This document shows, piece by piece, positions 27,099 through 38,045 of a DNA stretch of 64,000 nucleotides; position 1 is the first letter of the stretch, and each line of letters opens with the position of its first letter. Made by a program: the position numbers and the translations under genes. Under the pieces are notes generated by a model. The model made no database searches. It saw only the letters and a program-made list of their open reading frames with translations, and was not told the origin of the DNA. The DNA is from the human T2T-CHM13v2.0 reference genome, Homo sapiens: the NCBI RefSeq assembly GCF_009914755.1, contig NC_060933.1; one strand, given 5' to 3'.

Positions 27099-28003
27099 GT
27101 GGGTTTCAGGGCGCTGAGAAAGCCGCTGGTCGGTCGGCGACCGTCAGGGTTTTCCAGGGTGGGAATCCGCGGGGTAGGAGGGGAGCGCGGGGGTCCGGGC
27201 GCCAGATCCCGGTTGGAGAGCCGGGGTGCAGGCGCTGAGCCGGGATTGGAGTGTGGTTGGAGTTGGGGAGCCAAGGGTGTGTGCCGGTGGCCGGGGCTGG
27301 GGTCTCCGCCGCGCCCTCCGGCCGGCTCCCGCTCACTGCGCTGGCTCCTCCGCAGGATGCAGGGTGCCGGGAAAGCGCTGCATGAGTTGCTGCTGTCGGC
27401 GCAGCGTCAGGGCTGCCTCACTGCCGGCGTCTACGAGTCAGCCAAAGTCTTGAACGTGTAAGTGTAGACGCGGCCCAGGCTGGGAGACAGGGGCGGGGGT
27501 GAATGGCGAGGAGACTGGCGGATGGGAGGGGTGGCGGCGGGAGAACTCGGCTAGCCGGTTCTGACCTAGGTCCCCGCCTTGCCCTCGCAGGGACCCCGAC
27601 AATGTGACCTTCTGTGTGCTGGCTGCGGGTGAGGAGGACGAGGGCGACATCGCGCTGCAGATCCATTTTACGCTGATCCAGGCTTTCTGCTGCGAGAACG
27701 ACATCGACATAGTGCGCGTGGGCGATGTGCAGCGGCTGGCGGCTATCGTGGGCGCCGGCGAGGAGGCGGGTGCGCCGGGCGACCTGCACTGCATCCTCAT
27801 TTCGGTGAGTACAGTCCCGTCCTGTCCCCGCCCCAGTGTCGTTCCCGCCTCGGCCCGCGGCCAGCCAGGCTGACCCTGCTCTCTCTCCGCAGAACCCCAA
27901 CGAGGACGCCTGGAAGGATCCCGCCTTGGAGAAGCTCAGCCTGTTTTGCGAGGAGAGCCGCAGCGTTAACGACTGGGTGCCCAGCATCACCCTCCCCGAG
28001 TGA
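27046..28003 (+). CDS. GADD45G: Growth arrest and DNA damage-inducible protein GADD45 gamma (159 aa), spliced CDS join(27046..27098,27356..27457,27591..27804,27893..28003)
   Basis: Four segments with GT-AG introns give 53+102+214+111=480 nt in frame: [159 protein letters not shown]. Recognised as GADD45 gamma (L7Ae/Gadd45 family). Confidence 0.99.
27356..27457 (+). CDS. GADD45G: GADD45G exon 2
   Basis: Acceptor ctcctccgcAG|G; donor CGT|GTAAGT at 27458. Confidence 0.97.
27591..27804 (+). CDS. GADD45G: GADD45G exon 3
   Basis: Acceptor gccctcgcAG|G with upstream ctgac branch-like motif; donor TCG|GTGAGT at 27805. Confidence 0.97.
27893..28003 (+). CDS. GADD45G: GADD45G exon 4, coding part
   Basis: Acceptor ctctctccgcAG|AAC; stop TGA 28001-28003. 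Confidence 0.97.
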   Translation, partial: NPNEDAWKDPALEKLSLFCEESRSVNDWVPSITLPE

Positions 28004-28459
28004 CAGCCCGGCGGGGACCTTGGTCTGATCGACGTGGTGACGCCCCGGGGCGCCTAGAGCGCGGCTGGCTCTGTGGAGGGGCCCTCCGAGGGTGCCCGAG
28101 TGCGGCGTGGAGACTGGCAGGCGGGGGGGGCGCCTGGAGAGCGAGGAGGCGCGGCCTCCCGAGGAGGGGCCCGGTGGCGGCAGGGCCAGGCTGGTCCGAG
28201 CTGAGGACTCTGCAAGTGTCTGGAGCGGCTGCTCGCCCAGGAAGGCCTAGGCTAGGACGTTGGCCTCAGGGCCAGGAAGGACAGACTGGCCGGGCAGGCG
28301 TGACTCAGCAGCCTGCGCTCGGCAGGAAGGAGCGGCGCCCTGGACTTGGTACAGTTGCAGGAGCGTGAAGGACTTAGCCGACTGCGCTGCTTTTTCAAAA
28401 CGGATCCGGGCAATGCTTCGTTTTCTAAAGGATGCTGCTGTTGAAGCTTTGAATTTTAC

Positions 28460-28465
28460 AATAAA
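28460..28465 (+). terminator. GADD45G: GADD45G polyadenylation signal
   Basis: AATAAA ~460 nt after the stop codon, followed by U- and GU-rich sequence; cleavage expected near 28480. Confidence 0.88.
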
Positions 28466-31400
28466 CTTTTTGAAACAAACTTATGCTCTTTATTGAGGGT
28501 AGGGGATCTTTGTGTCGGGGGAGGTGGCGTGCAGGGTTTCAGAGGATTGCTGGAACTCCGTGGAACTGATGGCACCTGTTCCGTCTTCCTGTCGGGCAAG
28601 AATGACAGGCTCCTCCCCTCTGGCAGAGGGAGGGCATGCTGCCCAGTGCTAGGGTAGAACTTGAGCCTGGCTCCTACTTTTCTCCTTTTAGGAAGATTTT
28701 AAACTTGCAAAACAGGAGCATACTTGAGATAAGACAGTGCAGCAGCTGAAGTCTTGCCTTCCAAGGCGATAACAGTGACCTGTGCCTCCCCTCCCCCTCC
28801 TCGGCCCTCCTCCCCCTCCCTCCTACAGCTGCTTATCTGAACAGCTTGCAGGAGGCCTCAGGCTTTCCTGCACAATGAGCATTGCCTTCTGCAGGCCCTG
28901 CCCTTTGTGGTCCCTGAGGATGGTGGCAGACTGCTCCTGCTCTTGGGGACTTTTTCCTCTTAAATGCTCTGACACAAAGCAATGCTACAAAGGTACTAAT
29001 ACCAAATATGACATTGATGACTGCATTTAAGTATGAGTCATTACTTTGTCATGGCTGTGATAGAACTTGGAAGATCTGAGAAAAAATTGGAAGGCAGCAT
29101 CTATATAAATAGGCATGAGCAATTCTGAGGGGGCCTGGCATCTGCTATCTACTATTTTCAGTGTTCTCTGCCCACATCAGAGTTACGAGGATTGCTGCTA
29201 TTCACAATTCCGTTTAAAGACTCATAGGAAAAAAAAATTAAATATTTTAAGCCAAGACTTTCTTTAAAAAGGAACTAGGGGGAAATGTCCTGATCGAATC
29301 AATCTTTTTTATGAGACCAATATGCCTTGAGTTCGTTCTGTGTCTAACTAGCTGCTTTCAGCAGGGGAAATACATGTGGGACCCTTGTGCTGTCAGCTAG
29401 ACTGCCAAGCAGGCTGAGCCTTCTGGGCAAAGGAGGCATGATGTGCTGTCTTCAGTGCTTGGGGTGGCTGATTTACCTCATTGAGTGCCACGTCCTAAAA
29501 TTCTGTCCAAATTACGGGAGGATTCTTGAGGCAACAGGAAAACTGTACTGAATTACTCTTCTTGTAATGAAAGCGTCCTTGTTTTCCATTTATCAGCTCC
29601 TAAAAACATCTACTCCTCAATGGGACAGAAGCCTAGATAAAAAATTCAGTTGTATTTGTGCCCAATTTTCATTACTATTTTACCTATTTGCTGCTTGAAA
29701 TCTTAAGGTTTTCTTATTGAGGTAGTCTTGGGGTGGGCCTGTCTACCAGTCTGCGTTCCAGCAAAATGACCAGAACATGCTATTGTAAACACAAAGTGGA
29801 CTTGATTACTTTAAAATGAACCCTTAAATGAGTAAATTCAGCAGAACATTGCACAGAGCAGGTAGGCAGACCCTCCTGTTGGCCAAGCGACACTTGTAGA
29901 ACATGAGGTTGTAAGCCCTTGGTTTTTTGATTAGAGCTTGCTATGAGGCCACCTGTTGGAACCCCAAAGGGCTAGGAGAATTTTCAGGTGAATAAATGCA
30001 TGATGGGACACAGTGCCATGCCCAAAAGTTGTGCTAAACTTTTTCTTTTTTTTTTTTTTTGATGAACAGGTGTTTAATGCTATTAACATGAACTAACTCA
30101 GAGGGCAGATAATAAAATGTCCAGTGTTTATAAACACATAATTGCATTTAGTACTTCCAACAACCCTATATGATAATGCATATATAAGCCCTCAGTGCGT
30201 GGTAATTATCACTACATATGTGTTGGGGGTGACCCATAAAGACGAGCACAATGCCTGGCATCTAGAAAGCACTGAATGAATGTTAATGACAATAATACTT
30301 AAAAGCTAACGAAGACATTTGTCCCAGACCACAGAACTCCAAGTGAACTAGTGGGTTTTGGACTAGCCGTCTGGTTTCAGGACCAACACGTTGCTGCCAT
30401 GAACTTCCGGGTGCTGGAGCACTTGCGGCAGGCTTATTTTGGAAAGAAGGCTATTTTCATTAGATAACTTTCTACCTTTATAAGTTATATGTATTCATTG
30501 CAGAAAAATTGTAAAATACATCAACATTAAAGAAATAAGTAAAAGTGCCTGTAACTGACCATCAGCAAGTTTTGATGTATTAATATTTCCTTCTGAACTT
30601 CTATTTTTCCTCTTACATATTCTGTAACACACACAAGCACACCCAACAGTTTTTAAGCTGCATTTGGCTTAGTCTGCATTGGATTTAGTTACCGTCTCCT
30701 TTTCCTTAACATGCTATTACAGCTCCCATATATCCACATGACCTTGGGACAGGGCTTGTCTCTGCTTTAGCAGGCTCCAGTGCCTGGGTGAAAATACACA
30801 TTCCAGCCTGGGATCCAGCTGGGGCATCTTCTTTACCTTGCAGCCCTCACTGAACTGGAAACATGACTGCCGTTTGCAGGATTTTAGGTATCACATGTCT
30901 AAAACAAACCTTTGCCACCCCCAGAGCAATGAAAGTAAAGCATTCTTATTTTTAATTTTTTTAAGTTTTGCATATGGTCACTGTAAAAATTGGCACTGGC
31001 AAAGCACCTGTTGTGAAGATGAAATGGATACAGAATGACAACAGGAGCAGCTTGGAGAGTCAGGCATTCCTTGCCCACACCCAGCATTGCCCACATAGGG
31101 AGCTGAGGTCTCCTTGTTCCTCTCCTGGCAAGATGATAGGACAAAATGATCTCTGAGATTTATTTTATTTTTAAGGGCTCTAATTCTCTGTGTTATATAT
31201 TTTATTAAACCATTAGCCTCAGAAGTACAATGCGTATTGGTTTTGAAGCCACTTCAGAAAAAATAAAAAATGAATTTTTCAGAGGAAAAGCAAGGATGTT
31301 GGCAAACAAACCAAGGCGTGTAGGGTCAGCTCAGTAAACAGATACCCAATTTTGCTTTTTTGAGATTCTTGTGTTTTTCAGTTGCTTTTCTAAGATGCCA

Positions 31401-31939
31401 ACCCCTGTACTCCTCATTTGAGTATGCCCTCCAAAATGTCAAAAGTGTATTGTCTTTCCACGGTCACAAAGGAGAGACTTTATGACTTAACTGGGGGCAA
31501 TGAGACATGATCCTGCGTGGTGCACCTGAGCTGCTGCAAGCGGCCGCCAGAGGAGTGGCCAAGTTCGTGTGCAGGGCCAGCTGGAAGCCTCGGGGTGCCT
31601 GGAATGACTACACGGCTTTGAATTCTGTCCTAGCGCAAACTTATATTTGGTTTTTAGGTCTAGCTCAAACTTCCCTTTATCAACTAGAATAAAATTGCCA
31701 AATAATTTCACTCCCTTCATCAACTAATAGTGTGTGAGTAAAGTTCATCCACACAGGGTGGCAGAGTCTAGATACTGGGAGCTGGTGGCTGCACCAACAA
31801 GATGCATGGCTTCTTGCCCACTGATGCAGCAGAGGCCTTTAAAACCTCTGTGAGCTCCTCATGCTGGGTAAGACAGGCACTGCCTTGGGCTGCTGGGCTT
31901 CAAGGGTAGGACATAGGCTGTCCACCATGTGGTTCAAGC

Positions 31940-32030
31940 GTTCATTCATTCATCCCCTCATTAATTCAGCTGGCATTTCCTGAGCACATGTGCTGTGCCA
32001 GGCACAGTGCTAGGCATGGCCTCCCCACTG
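31940..32030 (-). mobile_element. L2 3' end
   Basis: ttcattcattca..catttcctgagcac..tgtgccaggcacagtgctaggc. Confidence 0.65.
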
Positions 32031-32259
32031 ATCCTTGCCTGCCTGGAAGGTCCTGACAGCATTGAGTTGAGCCCATGGCTTCGCATTCCCAAGCCCATCC
32101 GTCTCTTATTCATCCTGCCTAGAAAACACGGTGAGGACAGGAATGAGAAAGGTGAGTGTGGGGACACCATTTCCCATACCAATTGCTAATTTTATGAGAC
32201 TCTCATTGGCCAACTAAAAAATATGTCACAGTTGGCATTCCATTACCTTTTTGCATCAA

Positions 32260-32550
32260 AAACACCCTCGGCTTCTTTCCTTCTCACCATCTCCCTTTTC
32301 TTTCTATTTCTTCGATTTTTCTCCAGTCCAAGACTTCCCAAGCTGTGACTTGTGCTTCCCTCCTGAGCACTGCTAGTGGCTTCCAAAGACTGCTTTCCAA
32401 TTCTACTTCCCTCCCTGCAACCTTCTCTTCTTCTTCCTTTTTTTGCCTCCACCTCCACCTCCACCTCTGCTCTTCCCTCTCGTCCATTTTCCCCCACATC
32501 CTTCCCTTCCTCCTCCTTTCTTTCCCCCTTCCCCCTCCACCTTCACTTCC
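32260..32550. repeat. CT-rich low-complexity tract
   Basis: Pyrimidine-rich + strand including ctccac repeated three times. Confidence 0.7.
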
Positions 32551-34140
32551 ATTTTGGAGCTCCTGCTGTGAACCAGGCCCTGGGGACTCAGACGAGAAAC
32601 GAGCAGCCTCTGCTCCCAGGAGCTGGGCCTGGCGCCAGCTCTCTGGCCTGGCCTGGGGCTCTCTCCAGTTCCCTTCCATCCACTCAGTGTCCCAGATCCA
32701 TCCCCTCAAACTTGCTAGGCCCTGACCCTGTGTGGAGGTCCAGCGGACACCTTGTCTGATTGAGCCCAAAGTCAGTCTCTGCCCAGGGCCCGGCCTGGTG
32801 CAAAGAGCCATGCACACCCGCATGCTTATTCCATGCCCTTCCCTGGGGGCCAAGGTCCTGATCTTTGAGGTGGGCTTGTGGATGGATGACTGGGCTATGA
32901 GGTGGGCTATGATGACAGTGATGAGGAGGTGAAGTTTCCCGGTGAAGAGAGTATCACACCCTGTGCAAACATGGGTGGGCTCCACATATCCCAGTGTGCC
33001 CAGGGTGCAGCGCTCTGTCTCCTAGGTTTCTCCATGCTCTGTCCATGCTCTGCTTCTGCCCCTTCCATCCCTGTCCTCAGGGTCCAGCTCTTTACTGTCA
33101 CCTACCTGAGTCCCCTACTTTTAGGGATGCCAGTATAGGCTTGGGGGTAGCAGGAAGGCTCCTGGTCAGAGGAGCCCCTGGTATAGTGGAGATCATGTGA
33201 CTCCTTTGGGTCTGGCCCAATCTGCATCTGTGTCCTGGGCCGTGGCTGGAGGGAGCTCACCTGGGCTTCCTTTTCCATTTTCCTGACTCTCCCTAAATCA
33301 CTCAGTACATCTGACAGAGTCCAGAAGCTTGTTCATCTTGGGTGGAAGGGAAGAGAGTCTGGGGGCTGGGTAGCTTGCTGGGGAGGGTGGAGATGCAAGG
33401 GTGGGTGAGGATGAGGGCCACCTGCCACCATCCCTGAGACCATGATCAGGCAAGTGGTGCAGGCAGAAGGCTTGTGGATGACTGTGCAAGCCTGAAAGCA
33501 CAGCCTGATAACAATCAATAAGACAATTGTCCCGCAAGACTCCCCTCTGAGCTTCAGAATAGAACAGTGTTTCTGGGAGAACAGAGTGGGCTGAGTCCTC
33601 CTTAGCTCTTTGTCGCATGGAGGAAAATGCATTAGAATTGACATCTTAGAAGTGGCATCTTCCTAGGAAATACAACCCGACCAAAATGGGTGGAAGAAGG
33701 TGCTGTGGAAAGGAGACAGCCTGCGTGTTTTCTATGCCTCTCGTGGAGTACAGGCTCATCCAGCAGAGCTGCCTTCAGAGCAGAAAGAAGGGATGGGTGA
33801 CCCTTTGAGACTGAGCTGATGGTGTCAGGCTGCAAATCAGTGAAGGTCACATGAAGTGTTGTTTGCTATTGGGGAGCACGGGATTCCACAAAACCTGCCA
33901 GAGATGAGCAATTTTCTTTTTATAGAAGTTCAGTAAATGTCTCAGAAGGACCCCTGCAAAGTCCCCGAGTCCCTTTCCCATCCAGATCCAGCACAAGCAA
34001 CTCCCTCTGAGTACAGCCCATGGGGAGCTGCTCAGACTTGCCCCTGCTGCTGTCCACCTGCTTCTCACCTGGATGCGCAGTGACTGACAGATGAAACTGT
34101 CTTACTTATCTTAGTGATATGTCAGCTGATATCTCATCAG

Positions 34141-34727
34141 AAGGCAGAATTCTACCACAAACCTCCAACCACTGCCTCCTGGTGTTATTCCCACAGTTGT
34201 GGGATTAAGGAATGTTGCAGATGTAATTAAGGTTACTAATCAGATGACCTGAAAACAGAGAGATGTTCTGTATGGGCCAAACCTAATACATGAATATGTT
34301 AAAAGCAGAGACTGGCTGGTTGGGGAAGCAGAGCCAGAGACTTTGCAGATTTTGGAAGAATTGGACACACCATTGCTGGCTTTGAAGAGGGAGGGGCTCA
34401 TAGAGCAAGATTTGAGGGTGGCCTCTAGAAACTGAGAGTGGTGCTTGGCTGACAGCTAGCAAGAGAATGGGGACCTGATTCCTACAGATGCATGGAACTG
34501 AATTCTGTCAACGACATGGATGAGCTGGAAGCAAACTCTTCCCCAGAGCCTTAGAGATGACCGCAGTCTGGCTGACAGCTTGGTTCAAGCCTTGTGAGAC
34601 CCTGAGCAGAAAAGTGAGTTGAGCCTGCCTGACTTCAGATCCATGGAACTGTGAGCCCATAAATAGCGAATGTTTTAAACTGCTGAGTTTGCGCTAATTT
34701 GTTACTCAGCAATAGGGAACGAATACA
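34141..34727 (+). mobile_element. MLT1E-like MaLR LTR
   Basis: gcagatgtaattaaggttactaatcag; ggaactgaattctg; gtgagaccctgagcaga; ends tttgttactcagcaatagggaacgaataca. Confidence 0.8.
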
Positions 34728-37247
34728 TCCCAGGAACATCAGGGTCTCCTCCTTCCCTCCCCCTACCTCTCATGCTTCGATTGGGTCTACCTGGACCTCA
34801 TCTTACAGCTTTTGTACTCCTGTCCTGCACCACCTCCCCAACTCTCGCCTCTCCCTGTGTCCCACAGGGCTTCTCCCTCTCTCCAGACATATCATGCCCT
34901 TTCATACCCCGGGGCCTTGGACGTGCTGGTCCAGCTGCGTGAACTGCATGTTTTCTTGAACGGCGACTCTGCTTGCAGGTGGAATGCATGGAGTGCACGG
35001 GCGTCTGCCTAGAGAGGAGATGTGGGGGCTGGGCATGGAGGTAGCCGAGGAGTCAGCCTGCGGGCCCTGGGCCCTACCAGAGCTGGGTTCCACCTTAGCA
35101 TTTAAGGAGGTGGCCTATACAGAGCAGGTGGCAGTGTCGGGACAGGGGGCTCCTTCCAAGGTCACCATGGGATTGGTGGGCAGGCCTGTGCCTGTGGTCC
35201 AGTCTCTGGCTCTGATTGGAGCACGCTCATTCCTACAGAACATTGGCAACCCTCTATCGCTCACCTGCAGCTGGGGATTAAAAGACCCAAGGGCCACTGA
35301 CTGGGCCACTGAATCACTGATTTTCATCCCCAAATCTTTTCCCTTATATGAAATTTCCCAAGTGCTGTCAAATCACAGATTCTTAGTGTTGGAGGGAAGC
35401 TTAGTTATTCTTCATTTCACAGGCAAAGAAATGGGCTCAGAGAGGTGAGTCCATAGTTGCAGTGAGGTCCAGGTCTCCTCATCAGGTCTGGGCTTTGTTG
35501 ACCCAGGGCCTTTTGGTCCAAAGTTGAAACAAAGGCCTTTTAGCATCCCCTCTGGGCTGCTATCCGAGGCCTAGATGATGGGCCAAACACAAGCAGGATA
35601 GCTATGGAATTCACGGTTCTCCAGAGAAGGAAGCAGATGGGAAAGTGAGACCTGCCTCGCCTAATTTTCTTGTACTACAGTCTTTTGGTTAAAGCATCTC
35701 TCATTTTGTTATTGTTGCTTGTGGCTTCCCATTATGAGGAGTTGACGCGTTTGTCTGTCTGTCTAGCCTCTGGATGTGGGACAGGCAGATCAATGAGATC
35801 CAGGAAAAGTTTGTGTCTTGCTGTGTGAAAGCTGAGGCTGACCGAACAAAGTCACTCAGTTATGGGAACACTTGTTAAAAGGATGTCAAAGCTTTTATTT
35901 TCCCCCCTCAAAGTGGGTCTCTTGTCCTATAACCACTGACCATCTTGATCTCATACCGAGCCATTGATGTGGTTTTACTTCACCTCCAGGGGAGGTGGGA
36001 TTTGCTACTGAGTTTCATGATTCATTTTTCAGCTTTCAGAGTTTGCTTTGGTTTGAGGTTTACATGCCTGTCAGTGATGAAACATGGTCATTAGAATTGA
36101 TTCCGATTTTTGACACTTGCGTTATCCCTACCCTGCAATGGTGGATTGGGGTCACTCATTTACAGCCTATCTTCTGCAAGTGGGAAAATTCAAGAGAATA
36201 ATTAAAATGTGTTGCGTTTTCACTATGACAAAGTTCAGACAAATAGAATTCTAAGGAACAACAGTGAAACAACAGTAAAAAGCAAAATTGAAAGGAAAGG
36301 AACAGCTACACTCTGGAGAAAGTATCCTCTTTTGCAGCAAGATTAAATTTCCCTAGAGTGATTCACGGCAGCAAAGCAATTCATGGAACTCCCGCGTTGA
36401 GCAAGAATTTGATGCTAACATTCCAGGAAGGAGGCTGCAACTGCAGGTTAGGCTCAGCTATCATAAGACCAGTTAAAACCATGGTGTCTTGACATGTCTG
36501 CAAATCACTCAAGCCCTGCAAGGCCGAAACAATGACCAAGATAAAGTCCAGGGAGTTGGTAGGTGGCCCACATGTCACCAAATGATCCACTTGGGCTGAC
36601 TGAGGGTTTGAGGTCCTGCCAGGCTGTGTGGATGCCCACAGTCCCCATGCAGGGGAGGGTGAGTGAGTTTCTGCTTTCACCGTCATGAGCAGGGGCAAGC
36701 AGCTGTTCTCCTTCTATGTGGCCCCTAGGCCCCTGGGTATGCTCAGTCTCTCCAAGAGCTTGGAGAAGACTCAGGAGAAACAACTGCCCACCCAGAGGGG
36801 CTGCAGGAGCTGGGGGTCCCTCGGCGGCAGCATTCTCTGCTGGGGAAGGAGCTTAGCCATCTGGAGCTGCCTGTCCATGCTGGGTTCCCTGGCCTTGATC
36901 TTGATTATGTTGATAGAGAAGCAGACCACCCCACAACTGGGAAGCCCATTCCAAGGCAAATGGGCCATTCCACTTTCAGAGCTCCCCAAGGGGGCCCCGG
37001 CAGCTAAAGTGAGGCCTGAGCAGAACTTGCTGGCTTCCTCTGGTCACCAAACTCCTGCAGTGCCCATATGAGGTCAACAGTGTGGCATGAGGCCCAAATG
37101 ATATCAGGTAGGGGTTACAGGGATTAAACTAGGAGCCCAGGGGTACACCCCCAGCTGCATCCTCCAAGGGACTATCATCATAGGCACTTCTCAGTGGTCA
37201 CTGCAGGCTCAGAGGACAGCTGCTGAAGCCCACTAGATGAGGCCATG

Positions 37248-37647
37248 TGCCATAGTCTGAATATGTCCTCTAAAATATATGTGTTGGAAATATAATCCCC
37301 AGTGTAATGGTGTTGGGAGGTGGGCCTAATGGGAAGAGTTTAGGGCATGAGGGCTCTGCCCTGGTGAAAGGATTAGTGCCCTATAAAAGAGCTTGATGGA
37401 GGGAGTTTGGTTCTTTTTCATCCCTCTATTCCTCTTGCCATGTGAGGATGCAGTGTTCCTGGCCCCAGAAAATGCAGCAAAGAGGTGCCATTTTGGAAGC
37501 AGAGAGCAGCCCTCACCAGACATTGAACCTGCTGGTGCCCTGATCTTGGATTTCCAGCCTCCAGAACTTCCAAAAAAATTTCTATTTTTTTAAATAAATT
37601 ACCCAGTCTCAGGTATTTGGTTATATCAGAACAAACAGATGTACACA
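37248..37647 (+). mobile_element. MST (MSTC/D-like) solo LTR
   Basis: TG...CA ends; gagcagccctcaccagac..gatcttggatttccagcctccagaac; flanks CCATG/CTGTG, compatible with a CpG-decayed 5-bp TSD (CCGTG). Confidence 0.85.
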
Positions 37648-38003
37648 CTGTGCTTAGTGTTTAGGGGCTTGAGTGTCCTGGGGGACAGGCCAGGTGGGGG
37701 TGATGGACTGGGGCAGAGCTTTAAAAGTGAAGCAGAACTCAGGCAGGTGGAGCTCATGCACAGAATTGAGGACAGTCACTGCCCTGGGGACATCTTCTAG
37801 GTTTGCTCCCGGTCACCCCCTCAGTCCTGTCCTAAGGCTGGGTCTGCAGGGAGCCCACGCTTGGAGAGCAGATGCTGGGCTTGCTTGTGTTGCCTTTGCT
37901 TTTCCCAGCTCAGGGGCCTGGGCTCACACTCTTGCAGTAGGAGAGATTCAAGGACCCAAGGGTACACTTTTTCTGTGGGTGAATGGAGAGGGAGAGAGGG
38001 AAG

Positions 38004-38045
38004 GTGTGTGTGTGTGTGGAAGGAGAGAGAGAGAGAGAGAAAGAG
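38004..38045. repeat. Compound (TG)n-(GA)n microsatellite
   Basis: gtgtgtgtgtgtgtg gaag gagagagagagagagaga. Confidence 0.9.

Larger units (their letters stand above)
25690..28420. promoter_or_regulatory. CpG island covering the GADD45G promoter and gene body
   Basis: High GC content and dense CpG compared with CpG-depleted flanks; interrupted by an AT-rich block at ~26460-26700. Confidence 0.88.

Noticed and set aside
27418-27990. 190-aa antisense ORF over GADD45G
   Set aside because: Shadow frame of GC-rich coding exons.
28189-28200. GGCTGGTCCGAG, matching the 5' end of Y3 RNA
   Set aside because: Only 12 nt in a GC-rich UTR; no continuation, 3' stem or TSD.
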